Source: an uncultured Chloroflexia bacterium (GTDB lineage: Bacteria; Chloroflexota; Ktedonobacteria; Ktedonobacterales; JADMIN01). Taken from it: a DNA stretch of 64,000 bases. The position numbers and the translations under genes were made by a program. The DNA is taken from the NCBI GenBank assembly GCA_963701795.1, contig CAVPBB010000001.1, positions 1,048,109 through 1,112,108 of the forward strand, read 5' to 3'. The notes under the pieces are model-generated. The model was not told the origin of the DNA and did no database searches. It saw only the letters and a program-made list of their open reading frames with translations. How positions within the stretch are numbered: position 1 is the first letter of the stretch; each line of letters opens with the position of its first letter. Shown here piece after piece: positions 58,206-64,000 of this stretch.

Positions 58206-58425
58206 TGCATTACTCCCTTTACACATGCCTGCCTCAGGCGGCCATATGCCGAATCCACAAGCAGCAGACAGTGATGTGATGTTCTGTTGGTATCAACGTA
58301 TGACGCGCCAACCAGCGCACATCGCGCCGAATTGCGCCACAAGGGCTAGCCGAATCGCATGCCCGCTCTATTACCGCGTCAGCTTCTGTTCTCGGCGCCG
58401 ACGCTCGCCGACGCTCGCCGGACGC

Positions 58426-58962
58426 CTATTGCTGGAAGACCCCACGTCGTGCGCGCATGTCGCGCATGTTGCGCTGACTCTCACGCCGAACCGCGCGCTC
58501 TCGTCCGCCAGGGGAATCCAGGTAGCGCCGTACCGTTTGCACCAATTCTGTCGAATCGAACGGCTTGGTCATGTACTCGGTCGAGCCTGCCAGCTTCCCC
58601 CGCATCTTATCGAAAATCCCATCCTTGCCGCTGAGCATGATGATGGGAAGATCACGATATTCTGGATTATTGCGCACCAGATGGCAGATATTGTAACCAT
58701 CCATGCGTGGCAGCATGATGTCGAGCAAGATGAGATCGGGCTGCGTGTCGGCGACTGCCGCCAGCGCGCTGAGGCCATCGCCCGCTGTGTAGACGCGAAT
58801 GCGCTCGCGTTGCAGCGTCAACTGCACAATCTTTCGCACTGTGGGGCTGTCATCCACCACCAACACGACTGGTTCCGCCACCGGTCTGACCTCCTGAGCG
58901 CTCATTGCGACATCGAGCGACCCGCGCTCACCCTCAAGCGCTGCTTGCGCGCTCGCTGCCAT
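58426..58962 (-). CDS. CheY-like response regulator with short N-terminal extension (PilG/PixG position, but lacking a fused PATAN domain)
   Basis: 'VVLVVDDSPTVRKIV...LILLDIMLPRMDGYNICHLVR...PIIMLSGKDGIFDKMRGKLAGSTEYMTKPF'. The start is uncertain (58962 or 58905). Confidence 0.85.
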   Translation of the reverse strand: MAASAQAALEGERGSLDVAMSAQEVRPVAEPVVLVVDDSPTVRKIVQLTLQRERIRVYTAGDGLSALAAVADTQPDLILLDIMLPRMDGYNICHLVRNNPEYRDLPIIMLSGKDGIFDKMRGKLAGSTEYMTKPFDSTELVQTVRRYLDSPGGRERAVRRESQRNMRDMRARRGVFQQ

Positions 58963-59090
58963 CTTGAGGCGCCTATCTATCGTTTAGCTGAGCCACTACA
59001 GGCGCAACGTCTCACATGGGCGTCTGGCTTGAACCAGACTGACGCCACTGACCAATGGAGCGCCTGTGTCGCCGACTGCGCATTGGCCTG

Positions 59091-60405
59091 TTAGCCGATA
59101 ATCGCAGTGTACCATTGGTGCAGCCGCCCCATCTCATAGTCCAACTCACGCAGAAACGCAATCCACAATTCGTCGAACTTCCGCCCGCCACGCGCGACGC
59201 CAAGCTCCTCGGCACACACCAGCTCATAGATGTCGCGCACAATCGAGTGCATCATGCGGGCCGCATCCCAGTAGCAACTGATGAGTTCTTGCCCACGCAC
59301 CACATGATCGAGCGCCTTCACATCATCGTAGACCAGCCGCCCCTGCTCCACGCGAATCAGCTCATCCATTCGAGGATAGCCCATCTGGATAGAGTCCACC
59401 AGGGGCGCCGCCACATGATCGATGTATCGGACCGCCTCTGCGGGCGCCGCCTCGCCACGCGCCCGCAGCGCGCGCGCAAAACGCGCATGATGCGCCAGCA
59501 GCGCATTCACACATTCGCCCATCACCTGCGTCAGCGCCAGCATCAACTGCTCTGGCGCCGAGCGGGAGATCTGATCGAGCTGGCTTCGCGCCTGGGTCAA
59601 CAGCGTATACCAGACTACGCTCCAGGTCCTGATCCATGCGCTCATCCACCAACAGGACCAGTCCATGCTCGAGCAGGTTCGTGAGCCAGGCTCCCGCGAC
59701 GCCTTCTGGCATCAGCAGCGCATAGGCGATCATATACAGTGGACGGCGCTCTTCGGCGAGGGTATAAATCCAGAGCTCTGCGGCGCCCACCGCGGAGAGT
59801 CGCGGGTCTTCGCCCATGGGGACCGCTTTGCGCACGCGCGTCATGCGCGACGCTGGCTGAATCGGCATGTGCTCGCGCTCGTCGGCGAGGCGTAACGCCT
59901 CCAGCACGACATGATCGACATTGAGCGGTTGGGCGGCGCTGGGGGTATACATGCCTCCCGTCCGCCGGACATGCGAGGCCTCGCGCATGAACTCGAACCG
60001 ACCGCGCTCCCAGCGCACCGCGCGGCTCAACGCCTGCACCACCATGAATTCGCGCCACTGTAACTCGTCGGCTACGGTAATGTCGCCGACGTTGACGAGA
60101 AACTGCATCACCGAGGAGAGATCACGGCGCGCATCCTGCGGAATCCGCATGATCTGCTCTGGGCCAAGTCGGTTCATTGCGCGGAGGAGATCGATCAGGT
60201 CCGGCTCTGGGATCCCTGGCTCTTCGAGGCTCAATATCGCGCCATCTTGCAGATAAATGCGCAGACGTTCGGAGCCAGACTGCACGGAGAGCGTGCCGGT
60301 CTTGCCTCCCAGCGCCAGCATCTTGAGCGTGGACTGCAAGGTCAGGGTCTCCAGGTCGCCATCGAGAATGCGACTCTGCGAGCTGGCCTGATTGTCATAG
60401 TCCAT
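59091..60405 (-). pseudogene. stand-alone PATAN/DUF4388 domain protein with an uncharacterised helical C-terminal domain; frame break near 59600..59625
   Basis: 'LDGDLETLTLQSTLKMLALGGKTGTLSVQSGSERLRIYLQDGAI' (DUF4388) lies in ORF 59362..60588 up to 'LVDERMDQDLE'. Natural sequence resumes one base later in ORF 59091..59666 from 'SVVWYTLLTQARSQLDQI'. ATG at 60405 after an AGGGAG RBS. Confidence 0.7.
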
Positions 60406-60628
60406 CGCGGGCTCCCTGTACAAAGCACACATACTGTTCGCATCTCTCCTCGCATCTTGCGACGGGCAGACGCACAGGCGCCTGATGTGTAGTGCCAGAA
60501 CGGGGCTGCCATAGCCGTGCGCTGAGGCGCGCGTCGCCGTCGCCGGTCTCGCCCTGCATCTAAAAACACTCAGTGAGCGCGGGGCCATACGCTGATGAGT
60601 TCAGCATTCAGGCGCGGAAGTCTGGCCT

Positions 60629-60656
60629 ATTGTATCACACGTGACTATTGGTTCAA
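60629..60656 (-). promoter_or_regulatory. sigma-70-like promoter TTGAAC-16-TACAAT upstream of the chemosensory operon
   Basis: The reverse complement reads TTGAAC CAATAGTCACGTGTGA TACAAT. It implies a 5' UTR of about 215 nt. Confidence 0.45.
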
Positions 60657-60719
60657 GGGGTCCTACTACACTCACCACGCAGGCGCCACACCCTTCCCAC
60701 TGGGCGCTTCAAGGCAGAT

Positions 60720-61460
60720 TCAGCCCATCGTCGAGCCGTCGTCGGGCGCATCGGCTCCGAACAACATCGCTCCGCGCTGGCCGCGTTTTGCTCGCTGCCC
60801 ACCGCTCAGCGCTGTCGCCACAAACAACGCGCGATGATGCGCCGACGGGCCAAGCGCATGCAGCGCCGCGAGATGCTCCGCCGAGCCGTAGCCTACGTTG
60901 CGCTCCCAGCCGTAACCACCGTGCTCGCGCGCCAACTCCACCATCAGATGGTCGCGATAGACCTTGGCGACGATAGAAGCCGCCGAGACTGCGGGCACAT
61001 GCGTGTCGGCCTTGACCATGCAACGAACGCGCGTGATGCGATCAGGCGGGGCAGGTGGTCTGACCTTGCCATCGACGACATACTCGTCGGCGTCTACTGC
61101 GCTGATGAGCCGCCGAAAGACCTCACGATTTGCCCAGCCCACGCCGCGCGAGTCGATGAGGCTGACGGGCGCGACCGCCAGCGCGATAGCCAGCGCATGC
61201 TCGCGCAGCGCGCGCGCCACAGCCTCGCGCTTGCCGCGCGGCGTCGCCTTGGAGTCACGCAGAAACGGCGCGAGCGCGCCCAGCCGCGCATGAATGTCAT
61301 CAGGCAGGATCACCGCCGCCGCCACCAGCGGGCCAGCCAGCGCGCCACGCCCGACCTCATCCAGCCCACAGCAACGCTGCGCGCCTGGCGATGGCTCGGA
61401 CGTCAGCAGCGTAGTCTGGCTCCAGGCGTCCTGGTCGGCGTGGTCGTCCATCGCCATCAC
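60720..61460 (-). CDS. rnhB: ribonuclease HII
   Basis: 'CCGLDEVGRGALAGPLVAAAVIL', 'DSKATP', 'KADTHVPAVSAASIVAKV', 'GYGS'. Confidence 0.9.
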   Translation of the reverse strand: MMAMDDHADQDAWSQTTLLTSEPSPGAQRCCGLDEVGRGALAGPLVAAAVILPDDIHARLGALAPFLRDSKATPRGKREAVARALREHALAIALAVAPVSLIDSRGVGWANREVFRRLISAVDADEYVVDGKVRPPAPPDRITRVRCMVKADTHVPAVSAASIVAKVYRDHLMVELAREHGGYGWERNVGYGSAEHLAALHALGPSAHHRALFVATALSGGQRAKRGQRGAMLFGADAPDDGSTMG

Positions 61461-62401
61461 CGCTCCCCGGTGAGGAAAGCGACGATCTCCGCATTGACAC
61501 TCTCAGGCTGCTGCTGATTGAGCCAGTGGCCCGCCTCCGGGAAGCGCACGATGCGCAGGTCGCGCACCCAGTCGTCGAGGCCATCGAGCAACTCAACACC
61601 CAGATAGGGGTCTTGCTCGCCCCAGAGCGTCAGGGTTGGCGCGCTGATGACCCGTGCGACGCCAATCGCCGCTGGCCCACGCCGCACAAGCTGGCGATAG
61701 TAGTTGAGCGCGGCAGTGAGCGCGCCGGGGCGCGCAATCGCCGTGACGAAGCGCTGAATGTCAGCATCGTCCAGCCACTCGCGGCCCCGGTCGGCGGAGC
61801 GGAACGTGCGCCAGATCAGCCCATAGTTGTCTGCTGCAGTCGCGCGCTCGGCGAGGCCCACGAGCTGAAAATAGAAGATATAGGCGCTGCGGCGCAATTG
61901 GCGCGGGCGCCGAATCTCGCGCCACATCGGACCAAGGTGTGGCGCGTTCAGCACGATGAGGCTGCGGGTGTAGTCTGGCTCGCGCATCGCGAATACCCAG
62001 GCGACCGCGCCGCCCCAATCGTGACCGATGATGTCAGCCTGTCGCTCACCCAGCGCCTCGATCACGCAGCGGATGTCGGTCGCAAGGGTGGCGACATCGT
62101 AGCCAGTGGCTGGCTTGGTGGAGAGGTTGTAGCCACGCATATCGAGCGCGACGACGCGCCGGTAGCGCGCCAGATCGGGGATGTTGCGGCGCCAGGAGTA
62201 CCAGAACTCCGGGAAGCCATGCAACAGTATAGCGAGTGGGCCTTCGCCTGCCGAGACATAATGCAGGCGCTGGCCATTCGCCGTCACATAGCCCTCGACA
62301 CAGCCGGGAGGCAAAGTAAAGCGCTCGCGCGCCTCGTCCGCCTCCGGCTGAGCGACCTGGGCAAGCTGGGAATCAGATCGTTGGTCACTCACGCACGTCA
62401 T
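61457..62401 (-). CDS. alpha/beta hydrolase (epoxide hydrolase/haloalkane dehalogenase-like)
   Basis: '[13 protein letters not shown]' and '[12 protein letters not shown]' nucleophile elbow. It overlaps both neighbouring genes. Confidence 0.85.
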   Translation of the reverse strand: MTCVSDQRSDSQLAQVAQPEADEARERFTLPPGCVEGYVTANGQRLHYVSAGEGPLAILLHGFPEFWYSWRRNIPDLARYRRVVALDMRGYNLSTKPATGYDVATLATDIRCVIEALGERQADIIGHDWGGAVAWVFAMREPDYTRSLIVLNAPHLGPMWREIRRPRQLRRSAYIFYFQLVGLAERATAADNYGLIWRTFRSADRGREWLDDADIQRFVTAIARPGALTAALNYYRQLVRRGPAAIGVARVISAPTLTLWGEQDPYLGVELLDGLDDWVRDLRIVRFPEAGHWLNQQQPESVNAEIVAFLTGER

Positions 62402-63317
62402 CGTACAACACGGTGCTCAGGTAGCGCTCACCCGCCGAGGGGAAGATCACCACGATCACCTTGCCGTCATACTCAGGCCGTGCGGCAAGCTGCGCGGCGG
62501 CCCAGGCGGCGGCCCCAGAGCTGATGCCCGTCAGTAGACCCTCCTCGCGGGCCAGCCGCCGCGCCATCTGCACGGCGTCGTCGTCGCTCACCTGAATGAT
62601 CTCATCGATCAGCTTCGTATCCAGCACTTCAGGGATGAACCCAGCGCCGATGCCCTGAATCTTCGATGGCCCCGCCGGGCCACCTGAGAGCACCGCCGAG
62701 GTGGTTGGCTCGACGGCGATCATCTTGAAGCCGGGTTTGCGCTGCTTCAACACCTCGGCGACGCCCGTGAGCGTGCCGCCAGTGCCGACGCCTGAGACCA
62801 CCGCATCCACCAGGCCATCGGTGTCGCGCCAGATCTCCTCGGCGGTAGTCTCGCGGTGAACCTTCGGATTGGCGGGGTTCTCGAACTGCTGCGGCATCCA
62901 CGAATTAGGCGTCTGCGCGACCAACTCGTTCGCCCGGGCGATGGCGGTGGGCATGCGGCCAGCGGCAGGGGTCAGCACGACCTCAGCGCCCAGCCGACGC
63001 AGCACCATGCGCCGCTCCACGCTGACCGTCTCTGGCATGACCAGGATGCAGCGATAGCCACGCGCCGCAGCTACCCACGCGATGCCAATGCCGGTATTGC
63101 CGCTGGTTGGCTCGATAATCACGCCTCCCGGCTTCAGAATGCCGCGTTGTTCGGCATCGGTAATCATCGAGACAGCGATGCGATCCTTGACGCTGCTACC
63201 TGGCTGAAATGATTCCAGCTTGGCAAGCACAGTCGCGCCACCCGGCGTGACCTTGTTGAGGCGAATAAGCGGCGTATTGCCGATCAATTGAGTGGCGTCA
63301 GTCGCCCAGCGTGGCAT
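62385..63317 (-). CDS. cysK: cysteine synthase A (O-acetylserine sulfhydrylase)
   Basis: '[11 protein letters not shown]', '[16 protein letters not shown]' (PLP lysine), '[10 protein letters not shown]', '[10 protein letters not shown]'. Confidence 0.9.
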   Translation of the reverse strand: MPRWATDATQLIGNTPLIRLNKVTPGGATVLAKLESFQPGSSVKDRIAVSMITDAEQRGILKPGGVIIEPTSGNTGIGIAWVAAARGYRCILVMPETVSVERRMVLRRLGAEVVLTPAAGRMPTAIARANELVAQTPNSWMPQQFENPANPKVHRETTAEEIWRDTDGLVDAVVSGVGTGGTLTGVAEVLKQRKPGFKMIAVEPTTSAVLSGGPAGPSKIQGIGAGFIPEVLDTKLIDEIIQVSDDDAVQMARRLAREEGLLTGISSGAAAWAAAQLAARPEYDGKVIVVIFPSAGERYLSTVLYDDVRE

Positions 63318-63410
63318 CGGCGCGCTCCTTCCTCCACGCGACTCGCGTGGAAGCTGCTAGACTGGCGCGCGAATCCAATAGCGAGCTTCACCATGCGCCA
63401 GCCGTCAAAG

Positions 63411-63440
63411 ATAGTACACCAAATGTATCAACTTCATCAA
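63411..63440 (-). promoter_or_regulatory. possible promoter TTGATG-18-TACTAT upstream of cysK
   Basis: Hexamers read on the reverse complement, about 95 nt upstream of the cysK ATG. Confidence 0.3.
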
Positions 63441-63724
63441 CAATTGCCCGCGAGCCGCGCGAATCGCCGCTGGCAGGCCGCTCGCGACGCAGAGCGGCGA
63501 CACAGACTCCCGCTTTGTCGTCCAGCAAAGCAGCGCAGGCGCCGTGAATCGCATCATCCTGCACGAGTCTTTCCCGCTCGGCTTGCCCGCGCGGCATGTC
63601 CCATCGCGCATATACTATCAGCGGGAGGTAGGCGCGACCATCATCACGCGCGCCGTCTTGCAGCCCGTCGCCCACTGAGCAGAGCGCGCCACGGACTGTG
63701 GCGACAGCCAACGGAGGTAGCCCG

Positions 63725-64000
63725 ATGACCGGTGAGGTCACCCTGCGCGATACCATACCGAGCGACCTGCTGATCTTCTTTGAGCAGCAGTCCAACGCGG
63801 AGGCCAGAGCGATGGCCGCCTTCACCGAAGAAGGCCCGCTAGAACGCGACGCCTTCGTCGAGCGCCAGACGAAGTTCGCCAGCGACCCCACCATCATCAG
63901 GCGGACCATCCTGTGTGATGGAAACGTGGCTGGCAATATCGTGAGCTATCTGCTCTCCGATGAGCGGGAGATTGGCTACTGGCTGGGAAGAGGCTATTGG
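63725..64000 (+). CDS. GNAT-like N-acetyltransferase, N-terminal part (3' end outside the window)
   Basis: ATG after a GGAGG RBS. 'VTLRDTIPSDLLIFFEQQ...GNIVSYLLSDEREIGYWLGRGYW' resembles Acetyltransf_3/GNAT N-terminal regions. The frame is open to the window end. Confidence 0.65.
   Translation, partial: MTGEVTLRDTIPSDLLIFFEQQSNAEARAMAAFTEEGPLERDAFVERQTKFASDPTIIRRTILCDGNVAGNIVSYLLSDEREIGYWLGRGYW

Noticed and set aside
19038-60405. Programmed +1 ribosomal frameshifting as the explanation for the six frame breaks.
   Set aside because: The junction sequences share no slippery or hungry-codon motif. Examples are CGACGGG, CTTCTTCTGGG, CAGACAGTTC and CTGGAGCGTAG. None has an in-frame stop at the shift site as in prfB, and no Shine-Dalgarno-like stimulator was seen. 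Indels or sequencing errors are more parsimonious.
60645-60665. GGTTCAAGGGGTCC resembling a tRNA T-arm.
   Set aside because: No acceptor, D or anticodon arms can be folded around it. The GTTCAA is the reverse complement of the -35 hexamer of the operon promoter.
63388-63936. 182-aa minus-strand ORF between cysK and the terminal GNAT gene.
   Set aside because: It overlaps the well-supported GNAT start on the opposite strand and the cysK promoter region, and it has no recognisable motifs.
1-64000. Mobile elements, prophage, defence islands, rRNA/tRNA genes.
   Set aside because: I recognised no transposase, integrase, recombinase, Cas, restriction or toxin-antitoxin motifs in any frame, and no tRNA or rRNA sequence signatures. 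Absence is based on reading by eye and should be confirmed with ISfinder, tRNAscan-SE and DefenseFinder.

Overview
High-GC (about 65%) bacterial chromosomal segment, densely coding with roughly 55 genes on both strands. Most are housekeeping: metH, clpC, moaA, rlmN-fmt, cdd, mtnP, leuB, cysK, rnhB, ispF, a class-B PBP, an ECF transporter module, MFS and CPA transporters, and an aquaporin. I recognised no rRNA, tRNA, CRISPR array, transposase or phage genes. All family names come from motifs read by eye in the supplied translations; no homology search was possible. ORF-track starts include alternative start codons and are often over-extended, so many starts were trimmed to the first ATG/GTG/TTG with a GGAGG-like RBS. 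Gene content (F420-type PPOX, PIG-V-like and PMT/ArnT-like GT-C enzymes, CHAD, ECF, Pix-like chemosensory genes) is compatible with a Chloroflexota- or Actinomycetota-like organism, but that is only an inference.

Four things stand out:
1. A complete type-IV-pilus/Pix-like chemosensory gene cluster at 50.0-60.7 kb. Gene order is stand-alone PATAN/DUF4388 protein, two CheY-like receivers, CheW, a sensor-less MCP with a Tyr/Gly/Gln/Asn-rich tail, a 1,559-aa multi-Hpt CheA-REC hybrid, and a small coiled-coil ORF. No CheB or CheR is present.
2. Six reading-frame breaks in five genes: ispF, a GT-C glycosyltransferase (two breaks), the PATAN gene, a CHAP-domain protein and a BNR-repeat protein. Every break behaves as one extra nucleotide in the sequence. 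This points to insertion-type assembly errors or real pseudogenisation, and read-level checking is needed.
3. An ECF transporter operon with an unassigned membrane protein in the S-component position, plus HAD and Nudix genes.
4. Several long perfect palindromes in intergenic DNA, including a 26-bp one next to a TTGACA-17-TAACAT promoter.

I did not find a convincing novel defence or mobile system.
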